NCBI GenBank assembly: GCA_018335295.1
Contig: JAGXKI010000006.1
Span: forward strand, 4,443-68,442
Length of the DNA stretch: 64,000 nt
From: a bacterium
Lineage (GTDB): Bacteria; Acidobacteriota; Aminicenantia; Aminicenantales; Aminicenantaceae
Direction of reading: 5' to 3'
Position numbers and translations under genes: made by a program. Below, one piece after another: positions 9,934 through 20,423 of the stretch; the stretch's first letter is position 1; each line of letters begins with the position of its first letter. The notes beneath the pieces were generated by a model that saw only the letters and a program-made list of their open reading frames with translations, was not told the origin of the DNA and ran no database searches.

Positions 9934-10239
9934 ATGAAATTTTTGAAACCACCAAGCCTTTTCCTCATTTTGGTCTTGGTCTTTTTTAGTTGTGCTCCCG
10001 GGCCCAATGAACTCGAAAAAACACCCGATGAAGAAGGAATGGTCGCAGGATTCTGGAAAGGAATTTGGCACGGTCTGATCGCTCCCATAACCTTTGTCAT
10101 TTATGTTTTCTACAGGAATATCCATTTCTATGAAGTTCACAATAATGGCTTCTGGTACAATTTTGGTTTTATAATGGGAGCGGGGCTTTTTTTGAGCGGG
10201 GGCATTCTGGGGCATTCCGGGAAAAAACGACACAACTGA
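9934..10239 (+). CDS. Small conserved hypothetical lipoprotein/membrane protein
   Basis: Likely start ATG 9934 (the track starts at TTG 9880); lipobox-like FFSC; AGFWKGIWHGLIAP...NNGFWYNFGF. Confidence 0.7.
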   Translation: MKFLKPPSLFLILVLVFFSCAPGPNELEKTPDEEGMVAGFWKGIWHGLIAPITFVIYVFYRNIHFYEVHNNGFWYNFGFIMGAGLFLSGGILGHSGKKRHN

Positions 10240-10261
10240 ATTCATTGGAAAGGAGTTCATT

Positions 10262-12358
10262 ATGAAAAAGCTTCTTATCTTTATTTTGGCGATTTCTCTT
10301 TTCACTGTGACCTGCACCAACCAGGAAAAAAAACCTTTTTACAGTCAATGGAAAACTCCCCACGAGGTTCCTCCTTTCGACCGAATTCAAAAAAAACATT
10401 ATCTCCCTGCATTTAAAGAAGGAATCAAACAACACCAGAAGGAAATCGAAAAAATCGCTAACAACAATGAAGAACCCACATTTGAAAACACCGTTGCCGC
10501 GTTAGAAAGAAGCGGAGCTCTCCTACGTAAAGTCCGTAATGTCTTCAATGTACTGAACAGTTCCATGAGCGACGAAGAGATGCAACAAATCGATAAACAG
10601 GTCACTCCCCTTCTCTCCAACCATCAAGATGACATATTGTTCAACAAACTTCTTTTCCAGCGGATTCAGACTGTTTACAACCAGAGGAAAAATCTCAATT
10701 TAACCACTGAACAAAACACTCTTCTGGATAAATACTATAAAGATTTTATTCGGGGCGGCGCCAACTTGAGTGAAAAAAAGAAGGAGGAGCTGAGAAAAAT
10801 CAACGAAAAGCTCTCCAACCTTTCGAGGCAGTTCGGACAGCACATACTGAAAGAAAACAACCGGTACGATCTGGTGATCGATAACAAAAAAGACCTAGCC
10901 GGGCTTCCTCAATCGGTTATCGACGGAGCAGCCAAAGCAGCCGAGGATCGAGGTCATGAGGGAAAATGGGTGTTCACCCTGCACCGTTCCAGTATCACCC
11001 CTTTTCTCACCCATTCAGAAAAACGCGACCTTAGAGAAAAAATTTTCAAGGCTTATATAAACAAAGGGAACCACGGCGATGAGCTGGACAATAAGGAAAT
11101 CGTTTCCAAAATGGCCGCTCTCCGGGTCAAAAGAGCTCACCTCCTCGGGTACAAAACTCATGCCCACTACATCCTGGAAGAGAATATGGCCAAAAACCCC
11201 CAGAACGTTTACGATTTATTGCACAAAATATGGGAACCCGCCTTGGAAAAAGCCAAGAAGGAGTCGCAGGAACTCCAGTCTTTAATCAAAGAAAAAGGGA
11301 AAGATTTTAAACTACAGCCCTGGGATTGGTGGTATTATGCGGAAAAATTAAAAAAGCAAAAATTTGAACTCACTGACGAGATGCTGAAGCCCTACTTTGA
11401 ACTCAATAATGTAAGAAAGGGGGCCTTTTCCGTAGCCCATAAACTTTACGGCCTTCAGTTTGAAGAAAGAACAGACATTCCCAAATACCATCCCGATGTC
11501 CGGGTGTTTGAGGTAAAAGAATCCGACGGCTCTCATATCGGCATTTTTTATGGGGACTACTTTTCTAGAACTACCAAAAGAGGGGGAGCTTGGATGAACA
11601 GCTTCCGCAAACAGTACCGCCTGGAAGGAAAAGAAACCACCCCCATCGTGACCAATAATCTAAACCTCACCAAACCCAGCGGAGACCAACCGGTCCTTCT
11701 CACATTCAGCGAAGTCACCACTCTGTTTCACGAATTTGGCCATGCTCTCCACGGACTGCTTTCTGACTGTACTTATCCCCGATTGTCCGGCACTTCGGTC
11801 CCTAGAGATTTTGTGGAACTTCCTTCCCAGATCATGGAACACTGGGCCTCTGAACAGGAAGTTCTCAAAACCTACGCCAAGCACTATCAAACCGATGAAC
11901 CGATCCCCCAGGAATTGATCGATAAAATCAAAAAAGCAGGCCATTTCAACCAGGGATTTGCCACGGTGGAATACCTGGCAGCCGCCTTTCTGGATATGGA
12001 CTGGCATACTCTGAAAGAGCCCCCCGAACTCGAGGTGCTGGAGTTTGAAAACAAATCCATGGAAAATATAGGACTCATCCCCCAAATTGTGGTCCGCTAC
12101 CGGAGCCCTTATTTTCAGCATGTTTTTTCAGGCGGATATTCATCCGGATACTACAGCTATATCTGGTCGGAAGTTCTGGACTGCGACGCCTTCCATGCCT
12201 TCAAAGAAACGAGTTTGTTCGACCCGGAAACCGCCGCTTCATTCAGGAACAACATCTTGGAGAAAGGGGGAACCGAAAACCCCATGGTCCTCTACAAGCG
12301 CTTCCGGGGAAGAGAACCCCAAGTCAAGTATCTTTTGGAACACCGGGGACTCCAATAA
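10262..12358 (+). CDS. dcp: M3 family metallopeptidase (peptidyl-dipeptidase Dcp-like), lipoprotein signal
   Basis: FHEFGHALH zinc motif, KRGGAWM, DFVELPSQ, GYYSYIWSEVLD; SD GGAG. Confidence 0.9.
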   Translation: MKKLLIFILAISLFTVTCTNQEKKPFYSQWKTPHEVPPFDRIQKKHYLPAFKEGIKQHQKEIEKIANNNEEPTFENTVAALERSGALLRKVRNVFNVLNSSMSDEEMQQIDKQVTPLLSNHQDDILFNKLLFQRIQTVYNQRKNLNLTTEQNTLLDKYYKDFIRGGANLSEKKKEELRKINEKLSNLSRQFGQHILKENNRYDLVIDNKKDLAGLPQSVIDGAAKAAEDRGHEGKWVFTLHRSSITPFLTHSEKRDLREKIFKAYINKGNHGDELDNKEIVSKMAALRVKRAHLLGYKTHAHYILEENMAKNPQNVYDLLHKIWEPALEKAKKESQELQSLIKEKGKDFKLQPWDWWYYAEKLKKQKFELTDEMLKPYFELNNVRKGAFSVAHKLYGLQFEERTDIPKYHPDVRVFEVKESDGSHIGIFYGDYFSRTTKRGGAWMNSFRKQYRLEGKETTPIVTNNLNLTKPSGDQPVLLTFSEVTTLFHEFGHALHGLLSDCTYPRLSGTSVPRDFVELPSQIMEHWASEQEVLKTYAKHYQTDEPIPQELIDKIKKAGHFNQGFATVEYLAAAFLDMDWHTLKEPPELEVLEFENKSMENIGLIPQIVVRYRSPYFQHVFSGGYSSGYYSYIWSEVLDCDAFHAFKETSLFDPETAASFRNNILEKGGTENPMVLYKRFRGREPQVKYLLEHRGLQ

Positions 12359-12564
12359 AAAAATGAATGAATTCAAAAATCAAAAGCCAAAAATATTCAC
12401 TGTTAAATTGCTGCACTGCTAAAGAGTTTATTATGAAATTGTTAAATTGATACCTAATTCATAGTGAATTGTGATTAGAAAATGATAAACAGACAATTCC
12501 TAATGAGGTACTGAAAAACCAGATGGAGAAAATGTTTTTCCGAGAGGAAGTAAGGTTAAAGGAA

Positions 12565-12641
<77 letters not shown>

Positions 12642-12652
12642 ATCTCAAATGT

Positions 12653-12680
12653 ATTATAGCAAAATTGGAGGAGTTGTCAA
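12653..12680 (-). promoter_or_regulatory. Sigma-70 promoter for tRNA-fMet
   Basis: TTGACA-N16-TATAAT on the minus strand, ending 11 nt before the mature tRNA 5' end. Confidence 0.85.
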
Positions 12681-12698
12681 AAAACAAAATAAAAATTC

Positions 12699-12727
12699 TT
12701 GACATGCCTTAATCGCAAAAATATAAT
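12699..12727 (+). promoter_or_regulatory. Sigma-70 promoter for nuoJKLMN
   Basis: Perfect TTGACA-N17-TATAAT, 14 nt before the nuoJ ATG. Confidence 0.85.
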
Positions 12728-12741
12728 TTGAAGCTCAAAAA

Positions 12742-13239
12742 ATGGCATATACATTATTTTTCCTGCTCTCCATAGTATGCATCGGCTCTATTATCGGGAT
12801 GATTGCCACCAAGAACCAAGTCTATAATGCCTATTTGTTGGTACTCGCCTTTGCCTCGATGGGGGGATTATTTGCTCTTCTCCAAGCTCCCTTTATCGCT
12901 GCCGTGCAAATCATTATTTATGCGGGAGCTATTTTGGTTTTATTCATCTTCGTCATCATGATGATTAACCTGCGTCAAGGACTTCCTCCAGAAAAGAAAA
13001 AATGGACTTACTATTTTTCTGGGGGTATCGCTGCCGTTCTCGCTGGAGAGCTTATCCTTTCTTTAAAAGGAACCTTTTCCATAGAGCCATCTGCTCCTAT
13101 GGAAAACTTTGGAAGCCCCACCCGTATCGGCCGACTTCTGTTCACCGAATATCTTTACCCTTTTGAAATCACTTCGGTCCTCATACTGGCTGCCATTGTG
13201 GGAGCTATCGTTTTGGTGAAAAAGAGAGAAAAAAAATGA
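12742..13239 (+). CDS. nuoJ: NADH-quinone oxidoreductase subunit J
   Basis: QIIIYAGAILVLFIFVIMM, LLFTEYLYPFEITSVLILAAIVGA. Confidence 0.92.
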   Translation: MAYTLFFLLSIVCIGSIIGMIATKNQVYNAYLLVLAFASMGGLFALLQAPFIAAVQIIIYAGAILVLFIFVIMMINLRQGLPPEKKKWTYYFSGGIAAVLAGELILSLKGTFSIEPSAPMENFGSPTRIGRLLFTEYLYPFEITSVLILAAIVGAIVLVKKREKK

Positions 13240-13538
13240 TCCCGATAAGTTATTTTTTGATACTGAGTGCCGTTTTGTTTGCTTTAGGAATGGTGGCCTT
13301 CTTTGTTAAAAAGGACTTGATCACCATGTTCATGGCGATCGAAATCATGCTCAACGCCGCTAATTTGGCCTTCATCACTCTGGCCAAATCCGCTTCTTCC
13401 TTAAATGGTCAGGTGATCGTTTTTTTCGTTATCACTGTGGCCGCCGCCGAAGCCTCGGTAGGACTGGCCATCATACTTCTCATATTCAAGCAAAAAAAAT
13501 CTGTAAAAACGGAAGACATATCTTTAATGAAAGGATAA
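13236..13538 (+). CDS. nuoK: NADH-quinone oxidoreductase subunit K
   Basis: IEIMLNAANL, GQVIVFF, AAAEASVGLA. Confidence 0.93.
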   Translation: MIPISYFLILSAVLFALGMVAFFVKKDLITMFMAIEIMLNAANLAFITLAKSASSLNGQVIVFFVITVAAAEASVGLAIILLIFKQKKSVKTEDISLMKG

Positions 13539-13539
13539 A

Positions 13540-15432
13540 ATGTCCGATATTTTTTGGCTTATACCCTTTGTCCCTGCTCTGAGTGCTCTGATTCTGGCTG
13601 TTTTCGGGACCAAACTTCCCAAAAAATACATCTCCTATCAAGCCTGTGGGGCCGTTTTAATTTCTTTCGGGATATCCATTATTTCTTTCATAGGATTGCT
13701 TCAAACTCCTCAACAAAACTACCCTCTGGTCAAAAATCTTTTCACATGGATCCACGCCGGGCTTTTTAAAGCCAACCTCTCCCTTCAGTTCGATCCCCTG
13801 TCCGCCGTTATGGCCTTGGTGGTTTCTCTGGTGGGATTCCTCATCCATGTGTACTCAGTGGGGTACATGGCTGAGGATAAAGGGTATTCCCGTTATTTTA
13901 CATATTTAAACCTTTTCACCTTTTCCATGCTCCTCCTGGTTATGGCTTCCAACATTGTGCTTATGTTTGTAGGCTGGGAAGGGGTGGGGCTTTGTTCTTA
14001 CCTTCTCATCGGATTTTGGTTTGAAAAACATTCCGCAGCCACCGCCGGTAAAAAAGCCTTTTTGGTGAACCGAATCGGGGATGCGGCTTTCCTTTTAGGC
14101 ATCCTGTTTATTTTTATTCATATTGGAAGCGGAGAATTCACGGCCATCCATCAGGCTGTGGGAGGAGGAGCCGTAACTCAGGGAGTGGCAACTCTTATCG
14201 CCATTCTCCTTTTTATCGGCGCCACCGGTAAATCAGCTCAAATCCCTCTTTATGTATGGCTCCCCGATGCCATGGAAGGCCCAACTCCTGTAAGCGCTCT
14301 TATCCACGCCGCCACCATGGTAACCGCCGGGGTGTATATGGTTTCTAGATTGAACTCGCTGTATGCTTTTTCGGCCGCAGCGGCTGAAATCGTGGCCCTG
14401 GTCGGAGCTTTAACTGCCGTGTATGCAGCCACCATGGCCCTTGTTCAAAACGATATCAAAAGAGTCCTGGCCTATTCCACCATCTCTCAAATCGGATACA
14501 TGTTTATCGGATGTGGGGTGGGAGCTTATACGGCCGGAATGTTCCACCTCTACACCCATGCCTTCTTCAAAAGCCTTTTGTTTTTAGCCGCTGGAAGCGT
14601 CATGCACGCCCTCTCCGGCGAACTGGACATGAAAAAGATGGGAGGATTGAAAAAATACCTCCCCCTCACCTACCCCACCTTTTTGGTGGGAGCCATCGCC
14701 ATTGCCGGGGTTCCTTTTTTCTCTGGATTCTTTTCCAAAGATGCCATCCTGACCAGTGCTTTTGCCAAAGGAGAATATTTTATCTGGGCACTGGGAATTG
14801 CCGGAGCTGTCCTCACAGCTTTTTACATCTTCCGGCTTATATTTTTGACCTTTCATGGAAAAGAACGGATGAAACCTCAAGTCAAAGAACACATTCATGA
14901 ATCTCCCCCGGTCATGACTATTCCCTTGATCATCCTTGCTTTCTTCTCTTTTGGAGCCGGATACATCGGACTGCCCGCTGTTTTGGGTCAAAAACTTAAT
15001 GTCTTTAACCAATTCTTAAAACTAGGGGGGCATGAAGCCCATATAAGCATGGGGATCGAATGGCTGCTCATACTGATTTCCATAGCGGTGGCTTTTACCG
15101 GGATATTTCTGGCTTACATGTTCTACATCCTGAAACCCTACGTGCCTTCCATGATGGCATCCAAGTATCCCCGTCTGTATAAAGTCCTTTACAATAAATA
15201 TTATGTGGATGAATTCTATAATGCAGCCTTTGTCAACTCCACCATAAAAGGCTCGGAATTGATTTACAATCATTTCGATTTAAAAGTCATCGATGGAGCT
15301 GTCAACGGCACAGCGTCTTCCACCAACTTCTCTGGAAAAATCCTCAGTTATTTCCAGAGCGGTCTCATCAAAGACTATGCCCTGGTTTTTCTGTTGGGCG
15401 TGGTTATATTTATAGGATATTTGCTTTTCTAA
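13540..15432 (+). CDS. nuoL: NADH-quinone oxidoreductase subunit L
   Basis: GWEGVGLCSYLLIGFW, GKSAQIPLYVWLPDAMEGPTPVSALIHAATMVTAG, AYSTISQ, HAFFK. Confidence 0.95.
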   Translation: MSDIFWLIPFVPALSALILAVFGTKLPKKYISYQACGAVLISFGISIISFIGLLQTPQQNYPLVKNLFTWIHAGLFKANLSLQFDPLSAVMALVVSLVGFLIHVYSVGYMAEDKGYSRYFTYLNLFTFSMLLLVMASNIVLMFVGWEGVGLCSYLLIGFWFEKHSAATAGKKAFLVNRIGDAAFLLGILFIFIHIGSGEFTAIHQAVGGGAVTQGVATLIAILLFIGATGKSAQIPLYVWLPDAMEGPTPVSALIHAATMVTAGVYMVSRLNSLYAFSAAAAEIVALVGALTAVYAATMALVQNDIKRVLAYSTISQIGYMFIGCGVGAYTAGMFHLYTHAFFKSLLFLAAGSVMHALSGELDMKKMGGLKKYLPLTYPTFLVGAIAIAGVPFFSGFFSKDAILTSAFAKGEYFIWALGIAGAVLTAFYIFRLIFLTFHGKERMKPQVKEHIHESPPVMTIPLIILAFFSFGAGYIGLPAVLGQKLNVFNQFLKLGGHEAHISMGIEWLLILISIAVAFTGIFLAYMFYILKPYVPSMMASKYPRLYKVLYNKYYVDEFYNAAFVNSTIKGSELIYNHFDLKVIDGAVNGTASSTNFSGKILSYFQSGLIKDYALVFLLGVVIFIGYLLF

Positions 15433-15433
15433 A

Positions 15434-17026
15434 ATGACTTTTCCATTACTCAGCCTGATTACATTCCTTCCGTTGGCCGGGTCTGTCCTGCTCATCTTTA
15501 TACCCAAAGAAAAGAGAGCTTCTCTGCTCTATTTGGCGTTGATCTTTTCCCTGATAACTTTCATCGTTTCTTTGTTTCTCTTTTTCAATTTTAACGGCCA
15601 CACCGCAGACCCTCAGTTTGTGGAAAAGGCCCCATGGATCGGGTACGGGATAAACTATCATATAGGGATCGACGGGATCAGTTTATTTTTAATCCTTTTG
15701 ACCACATTCCTTTTTCCTATCGCCATCCTCTCCTCTTGGAATTACATTCAGAGTCGGGTTAAAGAATACCTGATTTTCATTTTGATGTTGGAAACAGGAA
15801 TCATAGGCGTGTTCGTTTCCCTCAATCTTTTCCTTTTCTATGTTTTCTGGGAAGCCATGCTAATCCCTATGTATTTCCTCATCGGAACCTGGGGAGGTCC
15901 CCGGCGAATCTACGCCACTCTGAAATTTGTTCTTTTCACCATGTTGGGGAGTCTTTTGATGCTGGTGGCTATTTTTTCTCTCTACTCCCTCTATTTCAAA
16001 GCCAGTGGCACTTATTCGTTCAATATCTTTGATTTCCATAACCTCATGCTCAGCTCCAATATGCAGATATGGTTGTTTCTCGCTTTTGCCCTGGCCTTCG
16101 CCATCAAAGTTCCCATGTTTCCCTTCCATACATGGCTGCCGGATGCCCACGTTCAGGCTCCCACAGCTGGTTCGGTGATTCTGGCTGCCGTCTTACTAAA
16201 AATGGGGGCTTACGGTTTCCTCCGCTTCGCTCTCCCCATCTTTCCTCAAGCGGTGGAAAAATTTCTTCCTCTTTTAGCCATATTGAGTCTTATCGGCATC
16301 ATTTACGGAGGGCTCATGGCTCTTATCCAAAAGGATGCCAAATCGCTTGTAGCTTACTCCAGTGTCAGCCATATGGGCCTCATTATGTTGGCTGTGTTTT
16401 CCCTAAACCTAGAATCCATCGAAGGAGCTATCTACCAGATGATCAACCATGGATTGAGCACAGGAGCTCTGTTCCTTTGTGTAGGGATTCTGTATGAAAG
16501 AGCTCACACCCGGCTCATCAAAGACTTCGGTGGTGTGAGCAAGCAAATGCCTGTGTTCGCCGCTTTCTTCTTGATCTGCATCCTCTCCTCAGTAGGTCTC
16601 CCCGGACTAAATGGTTTTGTAGGAGAAATCTTATGCATTTTTGGCGTATTTAAAGCCAACCAAGTTTTGGCCATCCTGGGGGTTTCCACAGTTATTCTAG
16701 CCGCAGGGTACCTGCTGTGGATGTACCAAAGAATCATGCACGGTCCTTTGGAGAAGAAAAAAATCCTTTCCTTTAAGGATATGAATATCCGAGAGATCAT
16801 CTATTTTGTGCCCATTATCATTATGATGTTCTGGTTGGGTATATATCCTCAGATGTTTTTACGAAAAATGGATGTCTCTGTCCAGCATCTTCTCAATCAA
16901 ATGGCCCAAAAAGAAAAAATCCTCACTCAAAACCCAAAGGATCCATCAATAAAAAATCAACTAATCCCAAAATCATTGGAAAAGGAACACCATAAAAACA
17001 AGAAAAAGGAAGAAAAGACCTTATGA
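15434..17026 (+). CDS. nuoM: NADH-quinone oxidoreductase subunit M
   Basis: FWEAMLIPMY, KVPMFPFHTWLPDAH, LLKMGAYG, HGLSTG, GLPGLNGFVGE. Confidence 0.95.
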   Translation: MTFPLLSLITFLPLAGSVLLIFIPKEKRASLLYLALIFSLITFIVSLFLFFNFNGHTADPQFVEKAPWIGYGINYHIGIDGISLFLILLTTFLFPIAILSSWNYIQSRVKEYLIFILMLETGIIGVFVSLNLFLFYVFWEAMLIPMYFLIGTWGGPRRIYATLKFVLFTMLGSLLMLVAIFSLYSLYFKASGTYSFNIFDFHNLMLSSNMQIWLFLAFALAFAIKVPMFPFHTWLPDAHVQAPTAGSVILAAVLLKMGAYGFLRFALPIFPQAVEKFLPLLAILSLIGIIYGGLMALIQKDAKSLVAYSSVSHMGLIMLAVFSLNLESIEGAIYQMINHGLSTGALFLCVGILYERAHTRLIKDFGGVSKQMPVFAAFFLICILSSVGLPGLNGFVGEILCIFGVFKANQVLAILGVSTVILAAGYLLWMYQRIMHGPLEKKKILSFKDMNIREIIYFVPIIIMMFWLGIYPQMFLRKMDVSVQHLLNQMAQKEKILTQNPKDPSIKNQLIPKSLEKEHHKNKKKEEKTL

Positions 17027-18459
17027 ATAGCTTTTGGGCGTTATCTCCTCTGCTGTTAGTGGTGTTGGCGGCTCTCGTGGTCCTCCTTCTCGAGGTTTTT
17101 CTCAAGAAAGAAACCAAAGATTATCTCGCTTACCTCTCATCCCTCTTTCTTGCGGGATGTGGAATCATCCTCATGATTTTTTGGGATAAGAACTATTCTT
17201 ATTTCGATGGAAATTTCCTTTTGGATAACCTCGCTTTGGTTTTTTCCCTTCTCCTCACTTTGGCCACAATTCTGGTTATCCTTATTTCCATTAAATACAT
17301 TTCCCTCCAGGGAGCCAATTACGGCGAATACTATGCCCTTCTCTTATTCGCCCTTTCGGGGATGTTGATCATGGTTTCTTCCCAGAGCCTCCTGATTATT
17401 TTTCTGGGATTGGAAATCCTTTCCATCTCCAGTTATTCCTTAGCCGGCTTGAGAAGAGAGAACCCCGAATCTTCGGAAGCTGCGATCAAATATTTTCTTT
17501 TGGGAAGCTTCGCCACAGCTTTCCTGGTATACGGATTGGCTTTGATGTATGGAAGCACCCATTCTTTAGAGATCTCTTCCATCATCCGTTTTTTGACCAC
17601 AGGAACCCATTTGAACCTCATGCTTTTGGTTGGTCTCGGTTTAATCATCATAGGATTTGCTTTCAAAATAGCCCTGGTTCCTTTCCACATGTGGACACCT
17701 GATGTTTACCAAGGTTCCCCCACTCCTGTCACAGCCTTTTTTTCCGTAGGGCCCAAAGTCGTGGGTTTTGCTGTGCTGTTAAGGATATTTCATTTTTATT
17801 GGGAAACCGCTTTTCACACTCAAACTCTGATGACAGCCTTATGGGTCATCTCTGTTCTCACCATGGTGGTGGGAAATCTAATTGCTCTCAGGCAGACCAA
17901 TGTCAAAAGAATTCTCGCTTACTCCAGCATTGCCCATGCTGGATATTTATTGATTGCCCTCATTGCTCAAGACCCTACCAGCTTGATTTTTTACCTTGCC
18001 GTATACCTTTTCATGAATATTGGAGCGTTTACCGCCGTAACCAGTTTGGGCCGGAAAGGGAAAGAATATGTGGAACTGAATGATTATTCGGGAATTGGGT
18101 TTAAATATCCATGGATTGGAGCCACCTTTGCTGTATTCCTTTTCTCTCTGGCCGGATTTCCACCTACAGGGGGGTTTTTGGCTAAATTTTTCGTTTTCGC
18201 TTCAGCAGTAAGAAAGGGCTTCACTCCCTTAGTTATCATAGCTGTGATAGCTAGTTTGATTTCAGTTTTTTATTACCTCCGGATCATCGTGACCATGTAC
18301 ATGAAAGAGCCTTCTCCGAGCATGCAAATCCTCACCCGAAACCCTGTGCTTTTTTCTGTCTTATTCCTCTGCCTTTATGGTGTGCTTCAGTTAGGGATTT
18401 ACCCGGGGAATGTCCTGGGTTTCATCCGCCAGGCTGTAGCCGCCATGCCCCTTCTTTAA
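17023..18459 (+). CDS. nuoN: NADH-quinone oxidoreductase subunit N
   Basis: EAAIKYFLLG, FKIALVPFHMWTPDVYQG, KRILAYSSIAHAGY, SLAGFPPTGGF. Confidence 0.95.
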   Translation: MNSFWALSPLLLVVLAALVVLLLEVFLKKETKDYLAYLSSLFLAGCGIILMIFWDKNYSYFDGNFLLDNLALVFSLLLTLATILVILISIKYISLQGANYGEYYALLLFALSGMLIMVSSQSLLIIFLGLEILSISSYSLAGLRRENPESSEAAIKYFLLGSFATAFLVYGLALMYGSTHSLEISSIIRFLTTGTHLNLMLLVGLGLIIIGFAFKIALVPFHMWTPDVYQGSPTPVTAFFSVGPKVVGFAVLLRIFHFYWETAFHTQTLMTALWVISVLTMVVGNLIALRQTNVKRILAYSSIAHAGYLLIALIAQDPTSLIFYLAVYLFMNIGAFTAVTSLGRKGKEYVELNDYSGIGFKYPWIGATFAVFLFSLAGFPPTGGFLAKFFVFASAVRKGFTPLVIIAVIASLISVFYYLRIIVTMYMKEPSPSMQILTRNPVLFSVLFLCLYGVLQLGIYPGNVLGFIRQAVAAMPLL

Positions 18460-18514
18460 TCCTTTTCTTTTTAGGGGGAGTTACTATCAGATTCTTAACT
18501 TTTTATGAGGATCA

Positions 18515-18898
18515 AAGGCTGGAGCAGGACGTAAGCCGAATTCTGTTCCCACCTTACAAGGCGGGGGTGGTTATTTCTCTGCCTCCATGATTGCTCAAGG
18601 AGTTTAGCGACCTACCCGCCCTCCTGAGACGGGCCATCTCTTTGAGGGACCATTGGGTCTTGCTCCGGATGGGGTTTACCCTGCCCCCGATGTCACCACC
18701 AGGGCGGTGAGCTCTTACCTCACCTTTTCACCCTTACCCTATGAAAATGATTTTTCATAAGGCGGTTTGTTTTCTGCGGCACTTTCCTCCGATTGCTCGG
18801 AGTCGCTGCTAGCGACCATCCTGCCCTGCGGAGTTCGGACTTTCCTCTCCTCCCTTCTTGGAAGAAGAAGGAGCAACCACCTCGCCTACTCCAGCCTT
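18515..18898 (-). ncRNA. rnpB: RNase P RNA, bacterial type A
   Basis: Minus strand contains GAGGAAAGTCCGAACTCC, AAGTGCCGCAGAAA, GGTAAGGGTGAAAAGGTGAGGTAAGAGCTCACCG, GGTAAACCCCATCCGGAGCAAG and ACAGAATTCGGCTTAC. P1 pairs AAGGCTGGAG (18898-18889) with CTCCAGCCTT (18524-18515). Confidence 0.96.
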
Positions 18899-20263
18899 GA
18901 TTTTGATTCCATACTGCTGTAATTTTTTGTACAAATTACTCCGTGGCGTATCCATTTCTCTGGCTGTTTGGGAAATATTCCAGTCATTCTTTTCCAATTT
19001 AGATAGTATAAATTCTTTCTCTGCCAGTTCCCTAAAATCTTTTAAATGACGAACTTTGCTTGTCTCCGGGAGATAAACATAACCCTCACCTTTGATTGGC
19101 TCAGGCAAATCTTTCCTTTTTATTATACTTGAGTTTGTCGTCACAATCAATCGTTCAACCGTATTCTTCAATTCCCGTACATTTCCCTTCCAGTGATATT
19201 TCATCATCGCTTTCACCGCTCCATCATCAAACTCTTTTTCCTTAAAATTATTCTCCTGGCAGAACATTCGGTTAAAATAATCTATAAGCAACGGAATGTC
19301 TTCTTTTTTTTCTCGTAAAGCCGGTGAATAAAGGGGAACGACGTTCAATCGATAATATAAATCCTCACGAAAATTTCTTTGTTCGATTTCCTCCTTTAAG
19401 TTCTTGTTAGTGGCGGTGAGAACTCGGACATCAACCTTGTTGATTTTACTTGACCCCACTTTTTGGACTTCCCCTTCTTCCAGAACTCTCAAAACTTTAG
19501 ATTGAGTTTTTAGACTCATATCTCCGACTTCATCTAAAAATAGAGTGGCTCCATCAGCTAATTCAAATTTTCCCACCTTATTTTCTGTCGCTCCAGTGAA
19601 AGCTCCTTTGACATGACCAAAAAGTTCACTTTCAATCAATTCATCAGGAATGGCCGCACAATTCACTTGAACAAACTTCTCTTTGAACCGATTACTGTGA
19701 CTATGAACAGCTCGAGCAATGAGTTCCTTTCCGGTCCCACTTTCTCCATAAATCAAAATTGTGGTGTTTGTGGGAGCCACTTTATAAATTTCTTCCCAAA
19801 GTCTTTTCATCAGAGGATGATTCCCGATGAGCTCATATTTTTTCTGGGCTTTTTTTCTCAGGTCTTGACATTCCTGTCGAAGCTTTTTCTGTTTCAATGC
19901 ATTGCGGATACACAATAAAACCTTATCTCTTTGAAGAGGTTTCTCCAAAAAATCATAAGCGCCCAGCTTGGTGGCTTCAACAGCCGTCTGGATGGTCCCA
20001 TGCCCGGATATCATTATGACTTCAGGAGAATAAGGTTTCTTTTTCAGCTCGGCTAAAATTTCCAAACCATCCTTTCCCGGAAGCTTAACATCGAGAAGCA
20101 CCAAATCCACACCCACCGTGTCTTCAATGACATCGAGGGCCTCTTCCCCATCCACGGCTTCGAGAAAATGATATCCCTCATACTCCAGAATCATCTTCAG
20201 GGATTTACGGATATTCTCTTCATCATCAACAACCAGCAAGCGCTCTTTTCGGTACTGATTCAT
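18809..20263 (-). CDS. Sigma-54-dependent response regulator (NtrC/NtrX-like: receiver, AAA+, Fis HTH)
   Basis: [57 protein letters not shown]; last 30 codons overlap rnpB. Confidence 0.93.
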   Translation of the reverse strand: MNQYRKERLLVVDDEENIRKSLKMILEYEGYHFLEAVDGEEALDVIEDTVGVDLVLLDVKLPGKDGLEILAELKKKPYSPEVIMISGHGTIQTAVEATKLGAYDFLEKPLQRDKVLLCIRNALKQKKLRQECQDLRKKAQKKYELIGNHPLMKRLWEEIYKVAPTNTTILIYGESGTGKELIARAVHSHSNRFKEKFVQVNCAAIPDELIESELFGHVKGAFTGATENKVGKFELADGATLFLDEVGDMSLKTQSKVLRVLEEGEVQKVGSSKINKVDVRVLTATNKNLKEEIEQRNFREDLYYRLNVVPLYSPALREKKEDIPLLIDYFNRMFCQENNFKEKEFDDGAVKAMMKYHWKGNVRELKNTVERLIVTTNSSIIKRKDLPEPIKGEGYVYLPETSKVRHLKDFRELAEKEFILSKLEKNDWNISQTAREMDTPRSNLYKKLQQYGIKIKAGVGEVVAPSSSKKGGEESPNSAGQDGR

Positions 20264-20386
20264 GTTGGCTCCTTTCCTCCATAGAGGATTTTATTTTAGC
20301 ACAATTTCCCAGATTTAGTCACAAAACTCCCTCTTTGACCTCAAAATTGAGGATTCCTCTCCCATGGTTTCCTCCCAAAACACATC

Positions 20387-20415
20387 TTGTTTCCCCAGCG
20401 GAGATGTTGTATTAT
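20387..20415 (+). promoter_or_regulatory. Candidate sigma-70 promoter for the M16 pair
   Basis: TTGTTT-N17-TATTAT, 8 nt before ATG 20424. Confidence 0.5.
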
Positions 20416-20423
20416 TGAAAAGA

